Source of the DNA: an uncultured Neptuniibacter sp.
GTDB lineage: Bacteria; Pseudomonadota; Gammaproteobacteria; Pseudomonadales; Balneatricaceae
Length of the DNA stretch: 64,000 bases
Reading direction: 5' to 3'
Assembly: GCF_947498015.1 (NCBI RefSeq)
Contig: NZ_CANMIR010000005.1
Span: 97,551 to 161,550 of the forward strand
The notes under the pieces were generated by a model that ran no database searches, had not been told where the DNA came from, and saw only the letters and a list, made by a program, of their open reading frames with translations. The position numbers and the translations under genes are program-made. Shown here in pieces: positions 12,136 through 21,506 of this stretch (the first letter of the stretch is position 1; every line of letters begins with the position of its first letter).

Positions 12136-13803
12136 TTATCCCAGATCTGTCATACGCTTGTACTTGATACGCTCTGGCTGATGTTCTTTGCCGTAGCGGC
12201 GCTTGTAGTCAGCCTGGTACTCAGTGTAGTTTCCTTCGAAGAACTCAACCTTCGATTCGCCCTCATATGCCAGCATATGCGTACAGATACGGTCAAGGAA
12301 CCAACGGTCATGGGAGATCACTACTGCGCAGCCAGGGAATGCAAGCAGTGCTTCCTCCAGTGCACGAAGTGTTTCGATATCCAGATCGTTGGTCGGCTCA
12401 TCAAGTAGCAGTACGTTGCCACCCTCTTTCAGCAGTTTGGCCATATGCAGACGATTACGCTCACCGCCCGATAGGTCCTTAACGAATTTCTGCTGATCAC
12501 CGCCCTTAAAGTTGAAGCGCCCACAGTAAGAGCGAGATGGTGTGGTGTAGTTACCGACAGTGATCATATCCTGGCCATCTGACAACTCTTCGAAAACAGT
12601 TTTGTCACCATTCAGATCACGCGACTGATTAACGTATGCAAGTTGTACCGTTGAACCGATCTCGATCTCACCCGCATCAGGTTGTTCTTCACCTGCAATC
12701 ATACGGAACAGTGTGGATTTACCCGCACCGTTACCGCCGATGATGCCGACAATAGCGCCCTGAGGAATGGAGAAGCTAAGATTCTCAAAGAGTACCTTGT
12801 CGCCGTAAGCTTTGCTGATGTTCACCGCATCAATAACCTTGTCACCAAGACGGGGTCCTGGTGGGATGTAGATCTCCTGAGTCTCGTTGCGTGACTGGAA
12901 CTCTTTGGAGTTCATCTCTTCAAACTGCTTCAGACGTGCTTTCGATTTTGACTGACGGCCTTTAGAGCCTTGGCGAACCCACTCAAGCTCAGAAGCGACG
13001 GATTTACGGTGAGCAGCTTCCTGTTTGGCTTCCTGCTCCAGACGAGCCTCTTTCTGCTCCAGCCACGAGGAGTAGTTGCCTTCGTATGGTATGCCGCGAC
13101 CACGGTCTAGTTCCAGAATCCAACCAGCTGCGTTATCGAGGAAGTAACGGTCATGGGTGATTGCTACGACAGTGCCCGGGTATTCCTGAAGGAAGCGCTC
13201 AATCCAGGCGACTGACTCCGCATCCAGATGGTTGGTAGGCTCATCCAGCAGCAGCATATCTGGTTTGTCCAGAAGCAGGCGACAGAGAGCGACACGGCGC
13301 CGCTCACCACCGGACAGGTGCTTAACTTCAGCATCCCAGGCTGGCAGGCGCATCGCATCGGCTGCACGCTCCAGTGCTGTATCCAAATTGTGGCCATCTT
13401 TCGCCTGAATCAGGTTTTCGAACTCGGCCTGCTTCTTGGCTAGCTCATCAAAGTCTGCATCTGGCTCTGCATATGCAGCGTAAACAGCTTCCAGGCCATC
13501 CAGTGCTTCTTTTACATCGGAAACCGCTTCTTCAACGATCTCGCGTACGGTCTTTGTTTCATCCAGCTCAGGTTCCTGAGGCAGGTAGCCAACATTGATA
13601 CCGGGCATTGGACGTGCTTCACCGATAATATCAGTATCAAGTCCAGCCATGATTTTGAGCAGGGTTGATTTACCCGCGCCGTTTAGACCCAGTACACCGA
13701 TTTTGGCACCGGGAAAGAAGGAGAGAGAGATATCTTTTAAAATTTCGCGTTTAGGTGGAACGACTTTGCCAACGCGATTCATGGAGTAAACGTACTGAGC
13801 CAT
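12136..13803 (-). CDS. ettA: Energy-dependent translational throttle protein (ABC-F)
   Basis: 555 aa with two ABC cassettes (GLNGAGKS, GGNGAGKS), LSGGERRR and the MAQYVYSM N-terminus. Confidence 0.96.
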   Translation of the reverse strand: MAQYVYSMNRVGKVVPPKREILKDISLSFFPGAKIGVLGLNGAGKSTLLKIMAGLDTDIIGEARPMPGINVGYLPQEPELDETKTVREIVEEAVSDVKEALDGLEAVYAAYAEPDADFDELAKKQAEFENLIQAKDGHNLDTALERAADAMRLPAWDAEVKHLSGGERRRVALCRLLLDKPDMLLLDEPTNHLDAESVAWIERFLQEYPGTVVAITHDRYFLDNAAGWILELDRGRGIPYEGNYSSWLEQKEARLEQEAKQEAAHRKSVASELEWVRQGSKGRQSKSKARLKQFEEMNSKEFQSRNETQEIYIPPGPRLGDKVIDAVNISKAYGDKVLFENLSFSIPQGAIVGIIGGNGAGKSTLFRMIAGEEQPDAGEIEIGSTVQLAYVNQSRDLNGDKTVFEELSDGQDMITVGNYTTPSRSYCGRFNFKGGDQQKFVKDLSGGERNRLHMAKLLKEGGNVLLLDEPTNDLDIETLRALEEALLAFPGCAVVISHDRWFLDRICTHMLAYEGESKVEFFEGNYTEYQADYKRRYGKEHQPERIKYKRMTDLG

Positions 13804-14097
13804 GCAGTAACCTGTCTTGTATGTCAGAAATTAATAGAGTGATTTTAGCTGAAAGCGACTATCAATGGCTATCTCGATCCCAATCAATCTTGCAGGGAGG
13901 CATGAGTGCAAACTGGTTTAGGTTTTAAATTAAAGCTGCCGGAATCTGGTACATAACGGCCTAAAAGACTCCGGGTTTAAGTTGAGTTGCTTTAGAGAGC
14001 CGAGATAAAGCCAGAGAGGAAGCTGAAGGCTTAATTAATTGAGTAAAATTGAAGCAGTTTTGAGGCGGTTTCAAGTGTAACCCCGAAGATGTTTCGC

Positions 14098-14103
14098 TAT
14101 AAT
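14098..14103 (+). promoter_or_regulatory. Candidate sigma70 -10 element for glyA
   Basis: TATAAT 110 nt upstream of the glyA ATG; no good -35 at canonical spacing. Confidence 0.4.
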
Positions 14104-14212
14104 ACGCGCTTTCCCAATTCCCACATGGTTCTACGCTGGAAATATCTGGCGGCTCTGCCGTTATTTTGCAGCTGAACAGGGTCCACATTGTATTCAGGGG
14201 ACAGAAAATCCA

Positions 14213-15469
14213 ATGTTTAGCAAAGATATGACTATCGCCGATTTCGACGCTGATCTGTGGTCTGCCATGCAGGCTGAAGCTGTACGTCAGGAAGAGCACA
14301 TCGAACTGATCGCGTCTGAAAATTACACAAGCCCTCGCGTGATGGAGGCTCAGGGTTCTGAGTTGACCAATAAATACGCTGAAGGTTACCCAAGTAAGCG
14401 CTACTACGGCGGTTGTGAGCACGTTGACGTAGTTGAAGATCTGGCGATTGACCGTGCTAAAGAGCTGTTTGGTGCAACTTACGCAAACGTTCAGCCTCAC
14501 TCCGGTTCGCAGGCAAATGCTGCTGTATACATGGCGCTATGTAAGCCGGGTGATACGGTTCTGGGTATGAGTCTTGCTCATGGTGGTCACCTGACTCACG
14601 GTGCATCTGTATCTTTCTCTGGTCGTATCTACAATGCTGTACAGTACGGTTTGAACCCTGAAACAGGTGAGATCGATTACGCTGAAGTCGAGCGTCTGGC
14701 GGAAGAGCATAAGCCAAAAATGATCGTAGCCGGTTTCTCTGCATACTCTCGTGTTGTTGATTGGCAGCGTTTCCGAGATATCGCGGATAAAGTGGGTGCT
14801 TACCTGTTTGTCGATATGGCACACATTGCGGGTCTGGTTGCTGCGGGTGAATACCCATCACCCATTCAGATTGCGGATGTTGTAACGACTACAACGCACA
14901 AAACACTGGGTGGCCCACGTGGTGGTCTGATCCTGTCTGCACGCGCTGATGAAGATCTGCAGAAGAAGCTCAACTTCGCTGTTTTCCCTGAATCACAGGG
15001 CGGTCCACTGATGCACGTGATCGCGGCAAAAGCGGTTTGCTTTAAAGAAGCGATGGAGCCAGAGTGGAAAGCGTATCAGGGGCAGGTTGTTAAAAATGCT
15101 CAGGCGATGGCTGAAACGTTCAAAGCGCGTGGTATCAAAATTGTTTCTGACGGTACAGACGATCACCTGTTCCTGGTAGATCTGATCGGTAAAGAGTACA
15201 CAGGTAAAGATGCAGACGCGGCGCTGGGTCGTGCAAACATCACCGTGAACAAAAACTCCGTACCAAATGATCCACGTTCTCCGTTTGTGACTTCTGGTCT
15301 GCGTATTGGTACACCCGCTGTGACACGTCGAGGCTTCAAAGAAGCAGAAGTGACTGAGCTGACTAACTGGATCTGTGACGTGCTGGATAACATCGACAAC
15401 GATGAAGTGATTGCACGTGTTAAAGGTCAGGTTAAAGAGATCTGCGCCCGTTACCCTGTATACAAGTAA
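14213..15469 (+). CDS. glyA: Serine hydroxymethyltransferase
   Basis: [22 protein letters not shown] and TTTHKTL (PLP lysine) motifs. Confidence 0.99.
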   Translation: MFSKDMTIADFDADLWSAMQAEAVRQEEHIELIASENYTSPRVMEAQGSELTNKYAEGYPSKRYYGGCEHVDVVEDLAIDRAKELFGATYANVQPHSGSQANAAVYMALCKPGDTVLGMSLAHGGHLTHGASVSFSGRIYNAVQYGLNPETGEIDYAEVERLAEEHKPKMIVAGFSAYSRVVDWQRFRDIADKVGAYLFVDMAHIAGLVAAGEYPSPIQIADVVTTTTHKTLGGPRGGLILSARADEDLQKKLNFAVFPESQGGPLMHVIAAKAVCFKEAMEPEWKAYQGQVVKNAQAMAETFKARGIKIVSDGTDDHLFLVDLIGKEYTGKDADAALGRANITVNKNSVPNDPRSPFVTSGLRIGTPAVTRRGFKEAEVTELTNWICDVLDNIDNDEVIARVKGQVKEICARYPVYK

Positions 15470-15518
15470 TCCAGGGTAATCTGGCTGTAAGTTACAGCTG
15501 GAAAAATGTACAATTCTC

Positions 15519-15544
15519 AGGCGGCCAATTAGGTCGCCTTTTTA
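15519..15544 (+). terminator. Intrinsic terminator after glyA
   Basis: aggcggcc-aatta-ggtcgcct followed by a T run. Confidence 0.75.
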
Positions 15545-15626
15545 TTCCTTGGTGCTCAATGTGCAGGAATAGTTTCTCGCTCTTTATTTTCGGGGATAAC
15601 CCGCGCTCTTTATGTAGGAAAAGTTG

Positions 15627-16094
15627 ATGCATTGTCCGTTTTGTAATGCCAATGAAACCAAAGTTGTTGACTCTCGCCTTGTGGCTGAAGGTCAGCAAGT
15701 ACGGCGTCGTCGTGAGTGTATCAACTGTAATGAGCGATTCACTACCTATGAAGCAGCTGAGCTTCTGATGCCTCGCCTGATTAAGGCAGATGGCTCCCGC
15801 CAACCGTTTGACGATGAAAAACTGCGTGCCGGAATCCACCGGGCCCTGGAAAAACGCCCTGTCTCAATAGAAGAGTTTGAAGCCAGTATCAGTCGGATTA
15901 AACACCGCCTGAGAGCGACCGGTGAGCGAGAGTTACCTTCGCGGCAGGTGGGTGAAGAGGTGATGGCGGAACTGCGTAAGCTGGATGAGGTGGCGTATGT
16001 TCGGTTTGCTTCTGTGTATCGTAGTTTTCAGGATATTAATGAATTTAAAGCTGAGATCGACCGCTTGTCTGAAGAGCATGAGTCTGAAGGGTAA
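15627..16094 (+). CDS. nrdR: Transcriptional repressor NrdR
   Basis: [18 protein letters not shown] and ATP-cone with YVRFASVY. Confidence 0.97.
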   Translation: MHCPFCNANETKVVDSRLVAEGQQVRRRRECINCNERFTTYEAAELLMPRLIKADGSRQPFDDEKLRAGIHRALEKRPVSIEEFEASISRIKHRLRATGERELPSRQVGEEVMAELRKLDEVAYVRFASVYRSFQDINEFKAEIDRLSEEHESEG

Positions 16095-16100
16095 CGACGA

Positions 16101-17243
16101 ATGACCTCATCAGTATGGAGTGCGGCTGATCGTTCCTATATGGCAAGGGCTATACAGCTTGCTAAACAGGGCTTATATACCACTCAGCCAAATCCCAGAG
16201 TTGGTTGCGTCCTGGTTAATGACGGGAAAGTTGTAGGTGAGGGGTTTCACTACCGTGCAGGTGAAGGGCATGCTGAAGTGAATGCCATTGCTGCGGCAGG
16301 CCATCTGGCGCAGGGAGCGACCGCCTATGTGACATTGGAACCCTGCAGTCACTACGGTCGTACACCTCCCTGTGCTGAGGGCCTAAAAAGTGCAGGTGTT
16401 AAGCGAGTCGTCTGTGCGATGGTTGATCCCAACCCGCAGGTGGCTGGTCGAGGCCTGGCTTTGCTACGTGAGGCTGGCATAAAAGCCGAGTCAGGTTTGT
16501 TGGAAAGTGAAGCACGTGCATTAAATCCGGGTTTTATCAAACGGATGGAGCAGGGGGTGCCGTTTGTCCGGGTTAAGATGGCTGCCAGTCTGGATGGTCG
16601 AACAGCAATGGCCTCTGGCGAATCACAGTGGATTACAGGGCCTGATGCACGTAGTGAGGTTCAGCGGTTACGTGCTCAAAGTGATGCAGTATTGACGGGA
16701 ATCGGGTCTATTCTGCAGGATGATTCAGCTTTGACCGTGCGTGCGCAGCAGTTAGGGATAGACAATGCAGAGGAGATCGCTCAGCGTCAGCCGCTACGTC
16801 TTGTGCTTGATTCCACGTTGAGAATGCCTCTGGATGCTAAAATATTACAGCAGCCAGGACGTACGGTAATCGTCACGGCCAGTGAAAATAAAAGCCGTAT
16901 TGAAGCTCTGCGAGAGGTAGGAGCAGAACTCTTATTGATGCCCGAATCTAAGGGGCGAATAGAGTTGCGACCTTTGTTAAGCTGGTTGGCCGAAACTGAA
17001 CAGTGTAATGAGCTTCTGGTTGAGACAGGGGCTACATTAGCGGGTGCGTTTATTGAGCAGAAGCTGGTGGATGAGATTCAGTTGTTTATGGCGATGAAAT
17101 TGATGGGTAGTGATGCCCGGCCTGTGTTCTCATTGCCGTTGAATGCGATGTCGGAGCAGATAAATTTAACCTTGCTTGATAGTCGCATGCTGGGTCAGGA
17201 TCTCAAATTAACATTGAAGCCGGTTGATGGAGAGATGCAGTAG
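16101..17243 (+). CDS. ribD: Bifunctional riboflavin deaminase/reductase
   Basis: HAE, TLEPCSHYGRTPPC and KMAASLDGRTA motifs. Confidence 0.97.
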   Translation: MTSSVWSAADRSYMARAIQLAKQGLYTTQPNPRVGCVLVNDGKVVGEGFHYRAGEGHAEVNAIAAAGHLAQGATAYVTLEPCSHYGRTPPCAEGLKSAGVKRVVCAMVDPNPQVAGRGLALLREAGIKAESGLLESEARALNPGFIKRMEQGVPFVRVKMAASLDGRTAMASGESQWITGPDARSEVQRLRAQSDAVLTGIGSILQDDSALTVRAQQLGIDNAEEIAQRQPLRLVLDSTLRMPLDAKILQQPGRTVIVTASENKSRIEALREVGAELLLMPESKGRIELRPLLSWLAETEQCNELLVETGATLAGAFIEQKLVDEIQLFMAMKLMGSDARPVFSLPLNAMSEQINLTLLDSRMLGQDLKLTLKPVDGEMQ

Positions 17244-17912
17244 ATGTTTACCGGAATTATTGAAGCGGTAGGGGCCATTGCAGGTATTGAAGAGCAATCC
17301 GGTGATATGCGTCTGTATGTGCGTACCGGATCGATGGATCTGTCAGATGTGAAACTGGGCGACAGCATCGCGACCAATGGGGTTTGTTTGACTGCGGTTG
17401 AGTTACCTGGAGATGGTTTTGTGGCTGATGTTTCCTGTGAAACACTGGCGCATACCCGTTTTCATACCTTAACGGTGGGCGAAGAGGTAAACCTTGAAAA
17501 GGCTCTGATGCCCACTAGCCGATTGGGTGGTCATATTGTAACCGGCCATGTTGATGGCTTAGGTGAGATTGTCGAGCGCAAAGAGGATGCCCGGTCGATT
17601 CGTTTTAGTGTTAAAGCGCCTGCGAATATTCAGCGCTATCTGGCCGCCAAAGGGTCAGTGACGGTCGATGGTATCAGTTTGACGGTAAATGCCATTGACG
17701 GAGATAGGTTTGAATTGAATATTGTGCCTCATACGGCGCAGGAAACGATTATGACTGACTATGTACCGGGTCGCATGGTTCATCTTGAGGTGGATATTAT
17801 TGCACGCTATCTGGAACGATTGATTGGTCATGATCAGGTAAAAGATAACAACGAGGAGAGCGGTCAGGGGCTTACTATGGAGACTCTGATCAGCCACGGA
17901 TTTAACCGCTAA
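17244..17912 (+). CDS. ribE: Riboflavin synthase
   Basis: MFTGII N-terminus, GDSIATNGVCLT and VNLE motifs (ribC in E. coli nomenclature). Confidence 0.95.
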   Translation: MFTGIIEAVGAIAGIEEQSGDMRLYVRTGSMDLSDVKLGDSIATNGVCLTAVELPGDGFVADVSCETLAHTRFHTLTVGEEVNLEKALMPTSRLGGHIVTGHVDGLGEIVERKEDARSIRFSVKAPANIQRYLAAKGSVTVDGISLTVNAIDGDRFELNIVPHTAQETIMTDYVPGRMVHLEVDIIARYLERLIGHDQVKDNNEESGQGLTMETLISHGFNR

Positions 17913-17928
17913 CGACGGTACAAATTTA

Positions 17929-19047
17929 ATGAAATTAAATACACCCCAAGAACTGATTGAAGATATTCGTCAGGGTAAAATGGTCATCCTGATGGATGAT
18001 GAGGATCGTGAGAATGAAGGCGATCTGGTCATCGCTGCGGAGATGGTCCGGGCTGACGATATCAATTTTATGGCGACACATGCACGCGGTCTGATCTGCC
18101 TGACACTGACGCGAGAACGCTGTGAACAGTTAAATCTGCCTTTGATGGTACAGAGCAACGGTGCACAGTTTTCGACAAACTTTACCCTTTCAATCGAGGC
18201 CGCAGAGGGTGTAACTACCGGTATCTCTGCTGCGGATCGTGCGCATACGGTACGTACAGCAGTTAAAGCGGATGCGAAAGCGGAAGATATCGTTCAACCA
18301 GGCCATATCTTTCCACTGATGGCGCAGCCTGGTGGCGTACTTAGTCGCGCAGGCCATACTGAAGCGGGTTGTGACCTGGCACGTATGGCTGGGTTTACAC
18401 CTGCAGCTGCGATTGTCGAGATTATGAATGATGACGGCACTATGGCACGTCGTCCGGATCTAGAAGAGTTTGCGCAGAAGCATGACCTGAAGATTGGCAC
18501 CATTGCTGACCTGATCCATTATCGGACAGCAAATGAGCATACTGTTGAGCGTGCTGAAGAGGGAGTGATGGCAACTGAATATGGTGAGTTTGGTTATATC
18601 ACCTATCGTGATGAGATTCAGGGTTGTACTCATCTGGCCATGACGCTGGGGCAGTTCAAGGCGGATGAGCCTACGATGGTGCGTGTACATAACCGTAATG
18701 AAGTACTCCGTGATGTCGTAGGTGCAGTAGCCCCCGGTGAAGAGCCAAAGTGGACCATGCGTAAAGCGCTGGCGAAAGTGGCAGCTGAAGGCAGCGGTGT
18801 TGTGCTGTTACTGGATACCGGTGAACGTATTGATATGGGTGAATCGGTTGATCTGATGCTCAATGGTCGTCAGAAATCTAAAGTTAATGTGAGCGCTTCA
18901 GGTGCCTACCTGACCGTAGGAACGGGTTCGCAGATTCTGCGTGATCTGGGTGTTGGTAAAATGCGCCTGCTGAGCTCTCCAATGAAATTTAATGCGATCT
19001 CCGGTTTTGATCTGGAGATTGAAGAATATATTCCTTGTGAAGAATAA
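17929..19047 (+). CDS. ribB: DHBP synthase fused to a degenerate GTP cyclohydrolase II domain (RibBA/RibBX type)
   Basis: [18 protein letters not shown] and GHTEA motifs. The C-terminal domain lacks the Zn-binding cysteines. Confidence 0.92.
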   Translation: MKLNTPQELIEDIRQGKMVILMDDEDRENEGDLVIAAEMVRADDINFMATHARGLICLTLTRERCEQLNLPLMVQSNGAQFSTNFTLSIEAAEGVTTGISAADRAHTVRTAVKADAKAEDIVQPGHIFPLMAQPGGVLSRAGHTEAGCDLARMAGFTPAAAIVEIMNDDGTMARRPDLEEFAQKHDLKIGTIADLIHYRTANEHTVERAEEGVMATEYGEFGYITYRDEIQGCTHLAMTLGQFKADEPTMVRVHNRNEVLRDVVGAVAPGEEPKWTMRKALAKVAAEGSGVVLLLDTGERIDMGESVDLMLNGRQKSKVNVSASGAYLTVGTGSQILRDLGVGKMRLLSSPMKFNAISGFDLEIEEYIPCEE

Positions 19048-19066
19048 CTGGATCGGTATTTAAATC

Positions 19067-19540
19067 ATGACTGTTAAAACCTTTGAAGGTGATTTTGTAA
19101 ATGCGGACGGTAACTACGCAATCGTAGTAGGCCGCTTTAATGCATTTGTCGTAGAAAGTTTGCTGGAAGGCGCTATTGATACACTGAAGCGCCACGGTGT
19201 AAATGAAGAGAATATCCGTGTGATCCGTGTTCCGGGCGCATTTGAGATTCCACTGGCTGTTAAGCGTGTTGCAGCACAGAAAAAAGATGATGCGATCATT
19301 GCGCTGGGTGCCGTTATTCGTGGTGGTACTCCTCATTTCGAATATGTATCTGGTGAAAGCTCAAAAGGGGTTGCGCAGGTATCTCTGGATTATGATCTTC
19401 CGGTTGCTAACGGTATTCTGACGGTCAACAGCATAGAACAGGCGGTTGAGCGTTCAGGTACCAAAATGGGTAACAAAGGTGCCGAAGCGGCTCTCTCAGC
19501 ACTTGAGATGGTTAGCCTGCTGAAGCAGCTTGAGGTTTAA
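19067..19540 (+). CDS. ribH: 6,7-dimethyl-8-ribityllumazine synthase
   Basis: [22 protein letters not shown] and NKGAEAA motifs. Confidence 0.97.
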   Translation: MTVKTFEGDFVNADGNYAIVVGRFNAFVVESLLEGAIDTLKRHGVNEENIRVIRVPGAFEIPLAVKRVAAQKKDDAIIALGAVIRGGTPHFEYVSGESSKGVAQVSLDYDLPVANGILTVNSIEQAVERSGTKMGNKGAEAALSALEMVSLLKQLEV

Positions 19541-19546
19541 GCGCAG

Positions 19547-20035
19547 ATGAGCGACAACGAAAACAGATCTGCTGCAAAGAAAAAGAAACCATCTCTGACC
19601 TCTCAGCGTCGGAGTGCACGTAGCTTTGCTCTGCAGGCTTTGTATTCCTGGACTTTGGCGGGTCAGCCACTGCATGAATTGGAAGCGCAGTTCCGCGTGG
19701 ATAATGATATGCGCGATACTGATGTCCGACTCTTTTCTGAGCTTCTGCAGAATATCGCAGCTTCGAAGAGTGAACTGGATGCGTCATTCACCGACTTTCT
19801 TGACCGTCAGGTAGAGGAGTTGGATCCGATTGAGCTTAATGTATTGCGAATTGGTGCATATGAGCTTTCTAAGCGGATGGAAGTGCCTTATCGTGTGGCT
19901 ATCAACGAGAGCGTCGAGCTGGCGAAAAAGTTCGGTGCAACCGACAGTCACCGTTATGTGAACGGCGTTCTGGACAAGCTGGCACAGCGTGTTCGTATGG
20001 CTGAAATTCGCGAAAAGCGGGAAGGTAAGTCCTGA
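19547..20035 (+). CDS. nusB: Transcription antitermination factor NusB
   Basis: RRSARSFALQALY, INESVELAKKFG and YVNGVLD motifs. Confidence 0.96.
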   Translation: MSDNENRSAAKKKKPSLTSQRRSARSFALQALYSWTLAGQPLHELEAQFRVDNDMRDTDVRLFSELLQNIAASKSELDASFTDFLDRQVEELDPIELNVLRIGAYELSKRMEVPYRVAINESVELAKKFGATDSHRYVNGVLDKLAQRVRMAEIREKREGKS

Positions 20036-20038
20036 TCT

Positions 20039-21007
20039 ATGGCGCTTGGTGAATTTGATCTCATTAAGCGCTTTTTTGCGCAGGTTTCAGAGGCATCTTC
20101 GGATGCTTCTGTTGCTTTGGGTGTTGGCGATGATTGTGCGCTTTTAGATCTGCAGCAGAACCAGCAGCTTGCGGTTTCTATCGATACCATGGTGGAGGGC
20201 ACTCACTTCCTACCCGGGACACCTGCTGATCTGATCGCTTCCCGATTACTGGGTGCCGCAATCAGTGATCTTGCCGCCATGGGGGCTACACCAGCATGGC
20301 TGACTTTGGCATTGACCCTGCCCGGTGTGGATATAGAGTGGCTGGAAGCGTTCAGTCAAAGGTTAGCGGAGCTATGTCGTGAACACAGTATCGCCCTGAT
20401 TGGTGGGGATACGACTCGTGGCCCGTTGACCTTGTCTGCTCAGGTACATGGTTTTGTACCGACTGGTCAGGCCTTGTGTCGAGGCGGAGCAACATCTGGA
20501 GATCTGATCTGTGTCAGTGGTTCTCTGGGGGATAGTCGTGGCGGCCTAGAAGGCCTGCTTAGCGGCTTTGAGTGTGAGACTCATGCTGAATATCTGCTGG
20601 ATCGGTTTTACTCACCACAGCCTCGCTTGATACTGGGGCAGTCTCTAATCGGTAAAGCCAGTAGCTGTATCGATCTATCGGATGGTTTGCTTTCAGATCT
20701 GGCGCATATCCTGATGGCCAGTCAGGGGTATGGTGCGAGGCTCCAGTTGGAAGCACTACCAATATCTGAGCAATTACTCGCCACGTTTGGTGAGGAGCAG
20801 GCGCGTCAGTGGGCGTTGACCGGGGGAGAGGATTTTGAACTCTGTTTTACCATTCCCGCCGATAAATTACCTCTCCTCGCTGATCTGCCCGTAGCGGTAT
20901 CCGTGATCGGCAAAGTCACTGATGAACCTGGCATACAGCTATTCTTGCGGGGAGAGTCCTGTCAGATTAGTGGTACTGGGTACGATCATTTCATGCAGAA
21001 CAGTTGA
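20039..21007 (+). CDS. thiL: Thiamine-monophosphate kinase
   Basis: GEFDLI, GVGDDCA, GGDTT, DLSDGL and GGEDFEL motifs. Confidence 0.96.
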   Translation: MALGEFDLIKRFFAQVSEASSDASVALGVGDDCALLDLQQNQQLAVSIDTMVEGTHFLPGTPADLIASRLLGAAISDLAAMGATPAWLTLALTLPGVDIEWLEAFSQRLAELCREHSIALIGGDTTRGPLTLSAQVHGFVPTGQALCRGGATSGDLICVSGSLGDSRGGLEGLLSGFECETHAEYLLDRFYSPQPRLILGQSLIGKASSCIDLSDGLLSDLAHILMASQGYGARLQLEALPISEQLLATFGEEQARQWALTGGEDFELCFTIPADKLPLLADLPVAVSVIGKVTDEPGIQLFLRGESCQISGTGYDHFMQNS

Positions 21008-21025
21008 GTATTATTAGGAAGTGTT

Positions 21026-21502
21026 GTGAATAAAGTCCCTGCAAGTGTCTGGAAAAACCCGATTCATTTTCTTGCGTTCGGATTGGGGAGTGGGGCAGCG
21101 CCCTGGGCGCCTGGTACTTTCGGTACTGCAGCGGCCGTAATCCCCTATCTGTGGTTTCAGTATCTGGCTCTGCCAGCTTATTTAGTTATGCTATTGATCA
21201 CGACACTGATCGGAATCTGGCTCTGTGAGCGTACCTCAAAAGATATCGGTGTGCATGATCATGGAGGGATCGTTTGGGATGAGTTTGTGGGCTTCTGGCT
21301 CACCATGACTTTGGCTCCCTCCGGGTGGGAGTGGATTCTGGCCGGCTTCGTACTGTTCCGAATTTTCGATATTCTGAAACCCTGGCCGATCAAATGGGCC
21401 GATCAGAAGGTGTCGGGTGGGTTTGGTATCATGCTTGATGATCTATTAGCTGGCATCTATGCCGCGATACTCCTGCAGATAGGTGCTGCGCTCTGGTTCT
21501 AG
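21026..21502 (+). CDS. pgpA: Phosphatidylglycerophosphatase A
   Basis: APGTFGT, HDHGGIVWDE, FRIFDILKPWP and GIMLDD motifs. Confidence 0.95.
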   Translation: MNKVPASVWKNPIHFLAFGLGSGAAPWAPGTFGTAAAVIPYLWFQYLALPAYLVMLLITTLIGIWLCERTSKDIGVHDHGGIVWDEFVGFWLTMTLAPSGWEWILAGFVLFRIFDILKPWPIKWADQKVSGGFGIMLDDLLAGIYAAILLQIGAALWF

Positions 21503-21506
21503 CCCG

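Noticed and set aside
13902-13928. Micro-ORF MSANWFRF after AGGGAGG
   Set aside because: SD-to-ATG spacing is only 1 nt, too short for efficient initiation.
13991-14030. Glycine-riboswitch-like words (GAGAG, GCTGAAGG) upstream of glyA
   Set aside because: The pairing partner CTCTCAGG is absent, and the words lie upstream of the likely -10 at 14098.
14104-14212. Possible ZTP riboswitch in the glyA leader (contains CTGGCG and GCCGT)
   Set aside because: It lacks the CGCCTGGG pseudoknot strand and the GTGG/CCAC inner stem arrangement.
13961-14500. 179-aa minus-strand ORF overlapping the start of glyA
   Set aside because: Mostly antisense to glyA, with no recognisable protein features.
15470-15626. 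FMN riboswitch ahead of the nrdR-rib operon
   Set aside because: No RFN consensus elements (GGGCGG...GAAATTCCC, AGCCCGCGAGC) were found; only the glyA terminator and promoter-sized sequence are present.
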